The notes under the pieces are model-generated. The model searched no databases, had not been told where the DNA came from, and saw only the letters and a program-made list of their open reading frames with translations. Both the position numbers and the translations under genes were made by a program. A DNA stretch of 64,000 bases from Macrostomum hystrix. Lineage: Eukaryota; Animalia; Platyhelminthes. The stretch lies in NCBI GenBank assembly GCA_950097015.1, contig CATNEN010000037.1:3472001-3536000 (forward strand). The letters are read 5' to 3'. Shown here piece by piece: positions 1-40,124 of the stretch; position 1 is the first letter of the stretch, and every line of letters begins with the position of its first letter.

Positions 1-185
1 AGCAGTGCTCAAAATGCTAGTGGGAGGAGCCAGGAACACTTCTAGCTTCCCTGTGGCATTGCTCTGATTTCAATGAAGGTATGCTGGATTTTTATACATT
101 TAACTTTTTAGCTTTTTGTTCAGCGGATTGGTGGAAAATTAGTCTGAGAAAGAGGCATTTAGAGTTACATTTAGCGATTGCTTGA

Positions 186-1293
186 CAATCTAGATTGGGC
201 TAGATTTGTGATACATTTGGGTAGATGTAGGAATTTCTAGACTATCTAGACTGGGTAGATGTAGGGATTGCTAGACTATCTAGACTGGGTAGATGTAGGA
301 ATTTCTAGACTATCTAGACTGGGTAGATGTAGGAATTTCTAGACTATCTAGACTGGGTAGATGTAGGAATTTCTAGACTATCTAGACTGGGTAGATGTAG
401 GGATTGCTAGACTATCTAGACTGGGTAGATGTAGGAATTTCTAGACTATCTAGACTGGGTAGATGTAGGAATTTCTAGACTATCTAGACTGGGTAGATGT
501 AGGAATTTCTAGACTATCTAGGCTGGGTAGATGTAGGGATTGCTAGACTATCTAGACTGGGTAGATGTAGGAATTTCTAGACTATCTAGACTGGGTAGAT
601 GTAGGAATTTCTAGACTATCTAGACTGGGTAGATGTAGGGATTGCTAGACTATCTAGACTGGGTAGATGTAGGGATTGCTAGACTATCTAGACTGGGTAG
701 ATGTAGGAATTGCTAGACTATCTAGACTGGGTAGATGTAGGGATTGCTAGACTATCTAGATTGGGTAGATGTAGGGATTGCTAGACTATCTAGATTGGGT
801 AGATGTAGGGATTGCTAGACTATCTAGACTGGGTAGATGTAGGAATTTCTAGACTATCTAGGCTGGGTAGATGTAGGGATTGCTAGACTATCTAGACTGG
901 GTAGATGTAGGAATTTCTAGACTATCTAGACTGGGTAGATGTAGGGATTGCTAGACTATCTAGGCTGAGTAGATTTGGGATTGCTAGGCTATCTAGACTG
1001 GGTAGATGTAGGAATTTCTAGACTATCTAGGCTGGGTAGATGTAGGGATTGCTAGACTATCTAGACTGGGTAGATGTAGGGATTGCTAGACTATCTAGAC
1101 TGGGTAGATGTAGGGATTGCTAGACTATCTAGACTGGGTAGATGTAGGGATTGCTAGACTATCTAGACTGGGTAGATGTAGGGATTGCTAGACTATCTAG
1201 GCTGGGTAGATGTAGGGATTGCTAGACTATATAAGAAATTGATTATGTTTTTATCGAAGAAAGGGTCGATTTAAGGATTGCTAGACTATCTAG
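186..1293. repeat. 34-bp minisatellite (GACTATCTAGACTGGGTAGATGTAGGGATTGCTA / ...GGAATTTCTA)
   Basis: Direct tandem units with two recurring variants. Confidence 0.95.
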
Positions 1294-2934
1294 TCAGAGA
1301 TTCTGACAGTTAGACTTCACACTTTACACACTTTATTTTTCTTGCTAAATAACTCGGAAAGTGACAGTGAAGAATGTCACTACCAACCCATCGCTTAGGC
1401 TAGTTACGTAATGCCATTGTAATTTTGGTCCTCTTCGAGACGCGATCTGAGGACACGAAAACGGCCCGGGAAGAGAATATTCTAGAAGGCTAATGGGCAT
1501 TCCTAGACTCCAACTTCTAGTTTCCATCTAAATCCCCATGGAGACTTATACCAGTTCATCAGTCAGCTATGCTTAGTTAACCCACTTTTCCTCATTTTTT
1601 CTCCTCAAATCTTCTATCTACTTCCCACTCCCAATCAGTGTGTGAGAATTGTTCGTCAGATCTTCCGTGGATTTTAGTCGGGATGAATCTAAGGACAATT
1701 TGGGCTAAGAATGTGACAAAGAAGGTCTTTTAAAACACAAAATAGAGTATTTATACTTACTATTTTCAGCCAAAGCCGATGCACTTTCCTATACGTTATT
1801 TTTTTATCTGAACTTCCACTAGAAGAAGATGGAGTTTTTATCAAAACAAATATGCTTGGTGAAAGCTTCGTGATTATTTTGCAATTTTCCAACTGGGGAG
1901 ACTCGGGGAACAGATTCGAAAGGGAAAAAATGGAACGATGCACCTTATTTTATCTTCTTTCCACGCATGATGGGGATCCAGCAATGATGACCCCCCGGCT
2001 AGCCAATCAGAGACCGTCTCGCGAGGAACGAACACACACGACCTCATCTCCCCGTGTCTCCTCTTGTCTATCTAACTATTCTATCTTTGTCGCTTAAAAT
2101 CTCCTATCAGCATAGTTTTGTTTATAATTCAAGCGGAATAATGTAAACCTTACGGTTTATAGTGATAGTCTTAACTTATAACTGCGCAATATGACTAATA
2201 AATCCAGTTTATTTGCTTTTGTTCGCCAAGTTTCTGCCATTTTTCTGTTTATTTTTAGTTCATTTATTCGTTTCTAAGAACAAGGAAATATTCTTCTATT
2301 TATAAAGGAATAAAACGAGCTTAACAGATTGGTTGAAAAATATTTGAATTTCATTTGCAGAAAAAAGAACAAGTGGTTGCCTTGCCAACCGGATTAAGTG
2401 GGGAGTGATAAACAAAACAATTGCTGCCGCATCTGCTAGTTCTGGCTCGCCACACAACCGCCAAACCCAAGTTGCTGCCGCTATCGTGGGAAATATTACC
2501 TGAATAGGTAGGCCAAGTTTGGATCGCTGGCAAAGCAGGGAACGCCAAGTTAGATAAGAAATCTATCAGCTGGGTTGCTAGCTCTTTTTTTCCCCTCGAC
2601 ATTTTCACTTTCCAATTCGGCAAAGGAGTAATTTGGAATCGTGCTGTGAGCGAATGGGACTTCTTTTGTGAAGGAACCACTTGGGACACTGGGCGACTGG
2701 CTGTCCTAGTTCGGACTAAATTGCCGCATCTGATACGCTGCATGGAACACCCAAGATGGCCGTGCACTTTTGCTTTTGCCAACCAAAATGCTAACTTTGT
2801 TATTTTATTCGTCAGGATTTTGAGAATTTTAAGATTTGGTAAAACATATTGAAGGAGACTGGGATTAGAACACAATTGGGATTTGGGAAATTTTGACTTA
2901 GGAAAGGTTGTCATTTTAAGTTTTCTTAGTTTAG

Positions 2935-3660
2935 GGACGATTGGGATCTAAGGGAAGATGGATTTAGAGAAGATTGGGATTTTGGGAAGATTATGATTTG
3001 GGGAAGATTGGTATTTAAGGAAGATTGGGATTTGGGGAAGATTATGATTTGGGGAAGATTGGGATTTGGGGAAGATTGGGATTTGGGGAAGATTGGGATT
3101 TGGGGAAGATTGGGATTTGGGGAAGATTGGGATCTAGGGAAGATTGGGATTTGGGGAAGATTGGGATTTGGGGAAGATTGGGATTTGGGGAAGATTGCGA
3201 TTTGGGGAAGATTGGGATTTGGGGAAGATTGGCATTTAGGGAAGATTTGGATCTAGGGAAGATTGGGTTTTGGGGAAGATTGGCATTTAGGGAAGATTGG
3301 GATTTGGGGAAGATTAGGATTTGGGGAAGATTGGCATTTAGGGAAGATTTGGATCTAGGGAAGATTGGGTTTTGGGGAAGATTGGCATTTAGGGAAGATT
3401 GGGATTTGGGGAAGATTGGGATTTGGGGAAGATTGGCATTTAGGGAAGATTTGGATCTAGGGAAGATTGGGTTTTGGGGAAGATTGACATTTAGGGAAGA
3501 TTGGGATTTGGGGAAGATTGGGATTTGGGGAAGATTGGCATTTAGGGAAGATTTGGATCTAGGGAAGATTGGGTTTTGGGGAAGATTGGCATTTAGGGAA
3601 GATTGGGATTTGGGGAAGATTGGGATTTGGGGAAGATTGGGATTTAGGGACGATTGGAAA
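2935..3660. repeat. 17-bp G-rich minisatellite (GGGGAAGATTGGGATTT) with higher-order variants
   Basis: Visible tandem units; G3-G4 tracts on +. Confidence 0.95.
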
Positions 3661-4467
3661 TAGGAAACAGGAGATTTAAAAAGACGCGGATTTGCAAATA
3701 CTGGTATATGATGAAAATTTAAGCTATAAAAATGTGATTTTAGGAATATTCCGGTCTTTAGAATTATTGCACTCATCAAGCTAGTGAAATCGTATTTGCA
3801 CTACCAATTACGCTTTTGAATTGCGCTGAGCAAATCCTGGGCCATAAATAGCTTGGCTAGCTAGCCTCATCCTCATGATTTTTGGGTGTCTCAACGAGGA
3901 GCTAGAGAAAAAAAGAAAAATTGATGATGAACGGGAGGAGAGTGAGAGTGGGAACTTGCTCCCGCCAAATCCCACACAAAGAGGTGCTAGACTTGGACCA
4001 GTGGATGAGGGGAGATCGTGTGAGCTGTCGATCCTCATTGTTTCTGAATGACGGGACCTCTCATCTCTTATTTCCCTTTTCTCCCACATTCAGTCCACAT
4101 CAGTTCTTTCCCGCAAGCCGGGCACACATTGAAATCCCAAAGGATGGTAGAGGAAACTTCCTAACCTATTCTCCCTCTGTATATCTGGAGCAACCAATGC
4201 CCACAGGGCAAGTTTGCAATTTGAATAATTTCCCCTTTTTATCCCATCTCCGATTCTCTTTCTCTCTCTTATTCGTGTGGTAGTTAGAATGACAGACAAA
4301 ATTGGCCATCGAGAAATGGAGACGGCTTCGTTGATCTCAAATTGAGGAAGGGCTCGATATCAAGAGGATTTGAGAGCTTGCGTCACACCCTTGATTCCTT
4401 ATCAGTTGGGGATGTGTTGACGGTTCTGTTTTGGTGGACTGATGCGCGACTTGATTCATCTCTCAAT

Positions 4468-5307
4468 ATCTATCTCTCAATATCTATCTCTCCCATCTCT
4501 ATCTCTCCCATCTCTATCTCTCCCATCTCTATCTCTCCCATCTCTATCTCTCCCATCTCTATCTCTCCCATCTCTATCTCTCCCATCTCTATCTCTCCCA
4601 TCTCTATCTCTCCCATCTCTATCTCTCCCATCTCTATCTCTCCCATCTCTATCTCTCCCATCTCTATCTCTCCCATCTCTATCTCTCCCATCTCTATCTC
4701 TCCCATCTCTATCTCTCCCATCTCTATCTCTCCCATCTCTATCTCTCCCATCTCTATCTCTCCCATCTCTATCTCTCCCATCTCTATCTCTCCCATCTCC
4801 ATCTCTCCCATCTCTATCTCTCCCATCTCTATCTCTCCCATCTCTATCTCTCCCATCTCTATCTCTCCCATCTCTATCTCTCCCATCTCTATCTCTCCCA
4901 TCTCTATCTCTCCCATCTGTATCTCTTTCATCTCTATCTCTCCCATATCTATCTCTCCCATCTCTATGTCTCCCATCTCTATCTCTCCCATCTCCATCTC
5001 TCCCATCTCTATCTCTCCCATCTCTATCTCTCCCATCTGTATCTCTCCCATCTCTATCTCTCCCATCTCCATCTCTCCTATCTGTATCTCTCCCATCTCT
5101 ATCTCTCCCATCTCTATCTCTCCCATCTGTATCTCTCCCATCTCTATCTCTCCCATCTCTATCTCTCCCATCTGCATCTCTCTTATCTCTATCTCTCCCA
5201 TCTCTATCTCTCCTATCTGTATCTCTCCTATCTGTATCTCTCCTATCTGTATCTCTCCCATCTCTATCTTTCCCATCTCTATCTCTCCCATCTCTATCTC
5301 TCCCACC
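4468..5307. repeat. 15-bp pyrimidine minisatellite (ATCTCTCCCATCTCT)
   Basis: Tandem units; source of the spurious ISPIS/EIEMG ORFs. Confidence 0.97.
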
Positions 5308-6162
5308 TGAATTCTTCGGACTCTCGTCTCCCGCCTTGTATTCCTCATTAGTTCACATCCCAATTATGCGGACCCAGTCGCATCCCCAGCAGGAGTTTCC
5401 CAGTGTCTGCATGTTTGGCCCTACCTAACCCACAGTTGGACCAGAAACGAAGCAGGTTTCCTCTCGTCAAACGGGGCCTACTTTCGTTTGAAGAAAAAAT
5501 CCACATACGAAGCGAATTTTTTAAAATTCTCATCATACTCCGGGAAACAGGAGGTGGGTGACTCCGTTGCGGGAAAAATGCAGAAAAGATTCAACAATGA
5601 GCATCATCTAGCCTTCTAGATCCCCCTGTCTCTGTCCCACCGTCTCTACGGGAGGCAAACTGGGCAAAGTGGAAGACTCTGACTCAGCTATGATAAAGTC
5701 GTCGACACATTTCTCTCCCCTTTCCCAGACCACCATCTGGGGGTCTGGTTAAAAAAGCCGCATTAAGTCGCTAGGTGTTCACTGTTTCGCTTTTTTTTCT
5801 CGGCAAATATATCTCTGGATGAGAAGCATTCTCACCCCATTGTGTGCATGCTGCATTCATAGAAGAATGCTATGCTTCCTTATAGCAATATGAAAAACGG
5901 CTACCTACCCGCCCTAATCCTAACTCATCTGTCAGACACTGAGGGAAGGACACGGATCAACTAGCCTTCTTTGTTAGGTTGGGAACAAAGACCAATGATC
6001 TTTGTCTTCCTATTGTAGTTTATGAACCAGAGAACCGTGTGGGATCTGCAAACTTAATTTAATTTAAACTATCAGAAAGTGTTTATTCCTAATCAAGGAT
6101 TATAACACGTTCTTCGTCGTAATTGCCAATTTAAGCAACCAAAGTATCCAATTCTATTATAC

Positions 6163-6545
6163 CTGAAGCTAACTAACTCTACCTGAAGCTAATTAACTCT
6201 ACCTGAAGCTAACTAACTCTACATGAAGCTAACTAACTCTACCTGAAGATAACTAACTCTACCTGAAGATAACTAACTCTACCTGAAGCTAACTAACTCT
6301 ACCTGAAGATAACTAACTCTACCTGAAGATAACTAACTCTACCTGAAGCTAATTAACTATACCTGAAGATAACTAACTCTACCTGAAGCTAACTAACTCT
6401 ACCTGAAGCTAACTAGCTCTACCTGAAGCTAACTAACTCTACCTGAAGCTAACTAACTCTACCTGAAGCTAACTAACTCTACCTGAAGCTAACTAACTCT
6501 ACCTGGAGCTATCTAAAGCTACCTGAAGCTAACTATCTCTACCTG
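6163..6545. repeat. 20-bp minisatellite (ACCTGAAGCTAACTAACTCT)
   Basis: Tandem units. Confidence 0.95.
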
Positions 6546-6601
6546 CTACCTCTCTTTCTATAAATCTAAACTAAATTCGCATAACAAAACTCAGCACTCA
6601 C

Positions 6602-33278
<26,677 letters not shown>

Positions 33279-33624
33279 TCCCTCAGGTTGCTGCTGCTGC
33301 TGCTGCCGCTGCCGCTGCCGCTGACCTCGAAAGGAAATGTCCTGAAAATAGAAAGCGGATGAGGTCATTGCTTAGTAAGGATGAGAATGCATTGCAGTTT
33401 AGCTGCTTAAGTAAACGCCAGCTTTTTGTCTGTGTACAGTGCTAGGTTGGATTGGTAGGCAAATGGAAGATTTTTTCTGCTTCTGTGTATTCAAATGCCA
33501 CACTTAGCCTGTGCAGTTTTTCTAAGCAGTCGGATGTGTGAGGCCGACTTCATTTCGGAATCGACAAGCCCCAACTCAATGTAATATATCTGCGGACCCG
33601 GCCGATCTGTTTTGCGTCAACTGA

Positions 33625-34112
33625 GCTTACTCTCTCCCTCTTTCTCACTCTCTCTCCCTCTTTCTCACTCTCTCTCCCTCTTTCTCACTCTCTCTCCCTC
33701 TTTCTCACTCTCTCCCTCTTTCTCACTCTCTCTCCCTCTTTCTCACTCTCTCCATCTTTCTCACTCTCTCTCCCTCTTTCTCACTCTCTCCCTCTTTCTC
33801 ACTCTCTCCCTCTTTCTCACTTTCTCCCTCTTTCTCACTCTCTCCCTCTTTCTCAATCTCTCCCTCTTTCTCACTCTCTCCCTCTTTCTCACTCTCTCCC
33901 TCTTTCTCACTCTCTCCCTCTTTCTCACTCTCTCCCTCTTTCTCACTCTCTACCTCTTTTTCACTCTCTCTCCATCTTTCTCACTCTCTCTCCCTCTTTC
34001 TCACTCTCTCCCTCTTTCTCACTCTCTCTCTCTTTCTCACTCTCTCCCTCTTTCTCACTCTCTCCATCTTTCTCACTCTCTCATTTTTTCTCACTCTCTC
34101 TCACCCTTTCTC
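33625..34112. repeat. 18/20-bp pyrimidine minisatellite (CTCTTTCTCACTCTCTCC)
   Basis: Tandem units. Confidence 0.94.
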
Positions 34113-34860
34113 TATGTGTAACCATGTGTGTCCTTCTGTGAAAAATAAATTAATAATTTTTTTTATTATAATTAATAATAATTGTATCGCTCTAGCCTTC
34201 CATACCATTTGAATCATATCATAATATTTTCTTAGTTTCTCGAAAAGTCATGATCAAGTTGCAAGACAATGTGTGTCTTGAAGCAGCAACAACAGCCCAG
34301 GGGCATTAAAATCATTGCCTCGCCTATAATGACTTAAATTCTGTATTTACCACAAAACTGCAAGTGTAATTTAAGACTTTAACTTCTGCTGCTGCTGCTG
34401 CTGCTGCTGTTGCTGTTGCTCCAAAGAATATTTAAAGCCTTCTAGAGCAAGTAATGCCTTTAAGAGACACTTGTAGCTCTGTCCGCACTCCTTGCTAACG
34501 GAACCCTTTTTCCTTGGTACACAGGGCCATACATGAAGCCTAGCAGGCACGCTACTATTTACATGCCTGCTTAACCAGGTCTATATGACAGCATTGTGCA
34601 TGAGCCCCCCCCCTATGCCTTTGACGGACAAGCTTCAAGTGGCTCGTCCATTGGAGACTAAACAGTGTCCAAGATACTACAGAAATGATTCTTATTGGCC
34701 CACATTCTCTACTACATAAACCAAAAAAACTGGGACAAAACCAGCAAGAGAGCCCACTTGAGAAATCAAGAGGAAAACAATGAAAATTGGGACCTACCTG
34801 GCTGTTTGGGGGATGGAGAATGACACAGCCTAACCCGAGTGTTAGATGTCCTATAGTCAG

Positions 34861-35055
34861 GGGGGTGAGTGGCAGAGATGTGACCGCGTTTGCCTCTCCG
34901 ACCAAGGTCCCTGAGCTCGATTCCGCGGCGAGGCCACATTCATTTGGGGCGCAGCCGCGGAGAGAAGGCTTGGGGGCTTGTAGTGCAATTTACACCCTTG
35001 AGGGTCAACCTCCAAGGCACTGTGAGAGTGTACACTGCCTGACCATGAGAAAGTC
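34861..35055 (+). mobile_element. Interspersed repeat family 2 (probable tRNA-derived SINE), copy 1
   Basis: A-box-like TGGCAGAGATG and B-box-like GAGCTCGATTCC; body GCGAGGCCACATT..TTTGGGGCGCAGCCGCGGAGAGAAGGCTTGGGG matches 56945-57085 in reverse. Confidence 0.6.
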
Positions 35056-35569
35056 AGGGCAGATGTACACACCTGTGTGAGTGTGTGCCTGCGTACAGTA
35101 TCTGTGTGCGTTTGTGTTCAGGAGTCAGCGAAATGGGCAAAATTGCCTCCTCGCTGGCTGCGGGTCTAGTGTCACCAAACTATGTGTCATTGCCAACAAC
35201 CCTCCTGCAATTAAGCTCGACTAGTCAAGGACTTCTAGATCTAGTACCTGATTTTGAAAAAAAACGGGATTTGCCAGTGCAGTCACTCCCCCCAATACGT
35301 CTATTGATTTCTTATATCTTCTGTGTGAATTGCATAGCTGAATAAGTTCTCTACAATTTAGTTGAAGCATTTGTGCCTGTCTCATATGGTAAATGAACTG
35401 CAATTTATGAAAGTTTTAAGAAAACTGAAAGCTGTTGCGAGCTTTTTTATTTTTGCTTTTCTTAAATTTTTCTTTAGCCTAACTTACTGTTGGCCATAAC
35501 GGACAGGGGCACAGTTATTAGCTAAGTGTGTAGACAACTTATCCAGCTTTTGAAATAATAGTTATTATT

Positions 35570-35861
35570 GATTGCACCTACCCCAATTGGGCCAGATGTG
35601 CAGCCGACAGCACAGCCGCAGCTATTGCGCGGCGCATCCGAAGTCTGCGTACAGCTGTTCAGTCCATGGACTGGGGGATGCCACACCCACCCTCAATTAT
35701 CCCAGCTGATGCTGGCACCCATTTAACAGGTGGGTGAACTGAAGTAACGCTTGCTGTGTGTCATGCAAAAAAGGACACAAATTGTTCCAGTGGAGTCGAG
35801 AATCGAACCCCCGACCTTTAAGTCGTGAATCGGGCGCTCAAACCACTTGGCTACAACTCCC
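35570..35861 (-). mobile_element. tRNA-derived SINE-like element, family 1, full-length-looking copy
   Basis: Minus strand starts GGGAGTTGTAGCCAAGTGG (A box) ... GGTTCGATTCT (B box), then a core and a 3' region shared with 62335-62676 (GCCAGATGTGCAGCCGACAGCACAGCCGCARCTATTGCGCGGCGCATC on +). Confidence 0.75.
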
Positions 35862-37039
35862 TTGGACCGTCAGTAAGTATTAATACTGGTTCGGAAAATA
35901 GGATTTTGGCACGCAACCTGTAACTCTATCACGCAGAGAGACTTTAAAATGGTTGAAATAAAAGAAGACGATTAACAGACAATGAAGAACAGATGGAGAC
36001 ACAGTGCTGCAAAGGCGGCAGTGAATGGCTTTTTTTACTTATTTCGCGCTGTATCGAAGAATGAGACGTTAAAAAACGGGCTGAAATCCCTTAATTAGGA
36101 ATCTAGATCCCACTCAGAAGCCAGTTCCATTCTCCCATAGACTCCCATAGACTATTCTTCTGCTTTTTCATGCCTCGCTTCTCAATTCCGTAATAGCGAG
36201 CTCAGTGGCATGCAGCCTCTTTTTCCCTATTCCATTTTTCTGCCAGAAATTCTCAAGTTACTTAAAAACTGGGCCCGTAGGGGGGCCTGCAACATCTGCC
36301 TCATCGCCTTAGCATTCATATATAACATTCAGTTCCTGTTTCGTAGGCCAACGTTTGTTTCCTATGCTCAAACAAGCGGAGTTCGGGGTGTATGTTATCA
36401 GTCCCCAAACCCTGAGGGCGATTCACGGAGGAAATGGACCTAAGACTGCTCAGGCTCAGGGTGTTAAGCAATTGAGCAGGTTGCGATCGGCGGGGGATGT
36501 GTTCCCCCACTAATTTCTCCCACACCCGCCTCATTCAGTCGCATTTTCCGTCCAGTCGGTCTCATCGCCCCGCTGGTCATTGTATTGTGCAGCGTTCCTA
36601 TTTTAGTGTAAATGTTTTGCTTCAGTCTCGCCTTGCCTGTATTGAGCAACTCTTTTCATATATTTGGGGAACTAAATCCCATGGGAACTTTGACTCACAC
36701 GGGACCAGAGGGTACAGCAAGATATCGAAGATGTTCACACTTTGTTAATAAGGGGAAACTCCCAATGGGATGCTTTGGGAGAATTGGGAGAAATTAAAGA
36801 CACCAAACAGCCCAGTTGCCAGGATGGAGTTGGAAGCTGGCAAAACTAATCAATTATTGATTGATTTGATTTGCAAGTTTTTGTTTCCATGTTAGAGCCT
36901 CAATTACTGTCGAACACCTGGTCCAGGATAGCTGCCTGCTGGGCTGTGTCTGACTAGGCAAGCATCGAGTTGCAAATCCAGCTTTGTGAGTAAAGATTCT
37001 GGTCACAATCAAATTTCTAGAAATACATTTGAGTAGATC

Positions 37040-38290
37040 AATCCGTAGATATCTATTAGATCTATCCGTAGATATCTATTAGATCTATCCGTAGATAATT
37101 ATTAGATGTATCCGTAGATAACTATTAAATCTATCCGTAGATATCTATTAGATCTATCCGTAGATATCTATTAGATCTATCCGTAGATATATATTAGATC
37201 TATCCGTAGATATCTATTAAATCTATCCAAAGATAACTATTAGATCTATCCAAAGATATCTATTAGATCTATCCGTAGATGACTATTAGATCTATCCGTA
37301 GATAGTTTTTTAATCAATCCGTAGATATCTATTAGATCTATCCGTAGATATCTATTAGATCTATCCGTAGATAATTATAGATCTATCCGTAGATATCTAT
37401 TAGATCTATCCATAGATAACTATTAGATCTATCTGTAGAAAACTATTAAATCTATCCATAGATATCTATTAGATCTATCTGTAGATAACTATTAAATCTA
37501 TCCATAGATAACTATTAGATCTATCTGTAGATAACTATTAAATCTATCCATAGATAACTATTAGATCTATCCGTAGATAATTATTAAATCTATCCGTAGA
37601 TATCTATTAGATCTATCCGTAGATATCTATTAGATCTATCCGTAGATAATTATAGATCTATCCGTAGATATCTATTAGATCTATCCATAGATAACTATTA
37701 GATCTATCTGTAGAAAACTATTAAATCTATCCATAGATAACTATTAGATCTATCTGTAGATAACTATTAAATCTATCCATAGATAACTATTAGATCTATC
37801 CGTAGATAATTATTAAATCTATCCGTAGATATCTATTAGATCTATCCGTAGATTAACTATTAAATCTATCCGTAGATATCTATTAGATCTATCCGTAGAT
37901 ATCTATTAGATATATCCGTAGATAATTATAGCTCTATCCGTAGATATCTATTAGATCTATCCGTAGAAATCTATTAGATCTATCCATAGATAACTATTAG
38001 ATCTATCTGTAGATAACTATTAAATCTATCCATAGATAACTATTAGATCTATCCGAAGATAACTATTAGATCTATCCGTAGATAACTATTAAATCTATCC
38101 GTAGATAATTATTAGATCTATCCGTAGACAATTATTAGATCTATCCGTATATATCTATTAGATATATCCGTAGATAACTATTAGATGTATCCGTAGATAA
38201 CTATTAAATCTATCCGTCGATATCTATTAGATCTATCCGTTGATATCTATTAGATCTATCCGTATTTATCTATTAGATCTATCCGTAGGT
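37040..38290. repeat. 23-bp quasi-palindromic AT-rich minisatellite (AGATCTATCCGTAGATATCTATT)
   Basis: Tandem units containing TAGATCTA and TAGATATCTA. Confidence 0.95.
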
Positions 38291-39089
38291 AATTATTATT
38301 TATATTAGATTATTAGAAATATTATTACTATATAATACAAAACCTTCCAAGTTAAAAAATGTCCTTATAAAATAAACGCTTTTAGATTCTCGTATTTAGC
38401 AATAGGCCAATAGCCTATTTCTCTGCAAGTATCGCGAGCGAGGGGAAATCTATGTTTCTAAAAATAACCTCCAATCAATCAGCACTGAAAACTTCAATCG
38501 CCAATCAAAACAGCGACAACAAGCAATCTCAGTCAGCGCATAAAGTCGAAAGTGCATCCGAACTGCAAGATAATGATAGTAGACCATTCGCTTTCGATAA
38601 TAATCACTAATTGGTTGGAACCAGTGGAGCCGCCATAGCGAACTTAATTAGGCCTAAACTTCTGCTTGGAAATTGCTGCTGGCTATATAGTGAAGTAGTG
38701 AGCTCCTAGATTGGCGACGGGAATTATCCGAGGGAGTGGGGTGGCTGTCGCCCTCAGAAATCTAGTTAATTGGCAAGCAACTGGATTTCTCGGCTTAAAT
38801 TTGATTTTCTCCAGCCAGCAACTACGCAGATCAGCCGGCTGCGTGCGGCCACCAAAGACTGGGAACTGTGACGCAACGCTTGTCCGATTCTCAAATTTTT
38901 TGCATCGCAGAAAACTGCGCCGTTTCTGACCCAGCTCTTTTTCTATTTTACAATTCTCCAACCCGGTCTCTGATAATTACAGGTGAATACGTTTTCTAGT
39001 ACGTTTCAAATATTTAGCATTTTCTCCAGTGAGATATCAACCCTGTCCCAGATCTAGTTTCTGTCTTATCAGATCTCATATCAGTTTGA

Positions 39090-39730
39090 TGATATCTCAT
39101 CCCTGTCTCATGAGATCCCACCCCTGTCTCATGAGATCCCATCCCTGTCTCATGAGATCCCATCCCTGTCTCATGAGATCTTATCCCTGTCTCATGAGAT
39201 CTTATCCCTGTCTCATGAAATCTCATCCCTATCTTATGAGATCCTACCCCTGTCTCATGAGATCCCATCCCTGTCTCATGAGATTCTTATGAGATCACAT
39301 CCCTGTCTCATGAGATCTTATCCCTGTCTCATGAGATCCCACCCCTGTCTCATGAGATCTTACCCATGTCTCATGAGATCTCATCCCTGTCTCATGAAAT
39401 CTCATCCCTGTCTCATGAAATCTCATCCCTGTCTCATGAAATATCATCCCTGTCTCATGAAATCTCATCCCTGTCTCATGAGATCTTACCCATGTCTCAT
39501 GAGATCTCATCCCTGTCTCATGAAATCTCATCCCTGTCTCATGAAATCTCATCCCTGTCTCATGAAATCTCATCCCTGTCTCATGAAATCTCATCCCTGT
39601 CTCATGAAATCTCACCCATGTCTCATGAAATCTCATCCCTGTCTCATGAAATCTCATCCCTGTCTCATGAAATCTCATCCCTGTCTCATGAAATCTCACC
39701 CTGTCTCATGAAATCTCATCCCTGTCTCAT
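39090..39730. repeat. 21-bp minisatellite (ATCCCTGTCTCATGARATCTC)
   Basis: Tandem units; TCTCATGAGA palindrome in some units. Confidence 0.95.
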
Positions 39731-40124
39731 CAGAATGAAGTTAATAAAGAATTCAAAAAGATAAGTAAAACTTATCCATTTCTGTATAACAAACTCTGCT
39801 AAAAGCCTCACACAATAGGCAAATCTAATGTGTGAAGCAATTCAGAGTCAATCAGCACCCACCGTTGAGTGATAGGCGCAGTTCATATCACTAATTGACA
39901 GCAATCAGCTATCAGAGCGTGATAGCTGTCAATAAAATTTCACCAAATGAAGTTGGAACGGAAACATGATAGTACGATTAGCGCCTATTGTAACTGATCA
40001 GTCTTTCAACTTGGCTAAATTCGTGCGTCACTGCGATTACTCAATTAAGTTAACTTTTCAAAAAATGAATGAATTTTCTGTGGAACAGAAAGCTAGTGCA
40101 ACAACCGATAAAGTGACAGAATCG

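Noticed and set aside
2993-5428. Repetitive ORFs (GKIGIWGRL, ISPIS, EIEMG)
   Set aside because: Translations of 17-bp and 15-bp minisatellites with no splice or domain support.
1-6601. Gene B transmembrane and cytoplasmic exons
   Set aside because: I found no minus-strand frame with a TM-like run bounded by AG/GT; they are probably outside the window. ORF 2351-2914 has no recognisable domain.
35790-35861. tRNA gene (also 53065-53137 and 62610-62676)
   Set aside because: A/B boxes are present but acceptor and anticodon stems are imperfect, anticodon loops differ between copies, and each is fused to a shared non-tRNA body, so these are SINE heads.
36210-36800. Possible decayed transposase or GIY-YIG fragment (RLFEHRK)
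   Set aside because: Only a vague short resemblance, with no catalytic motifs or continuous frame; it would need tBLASTn to support.
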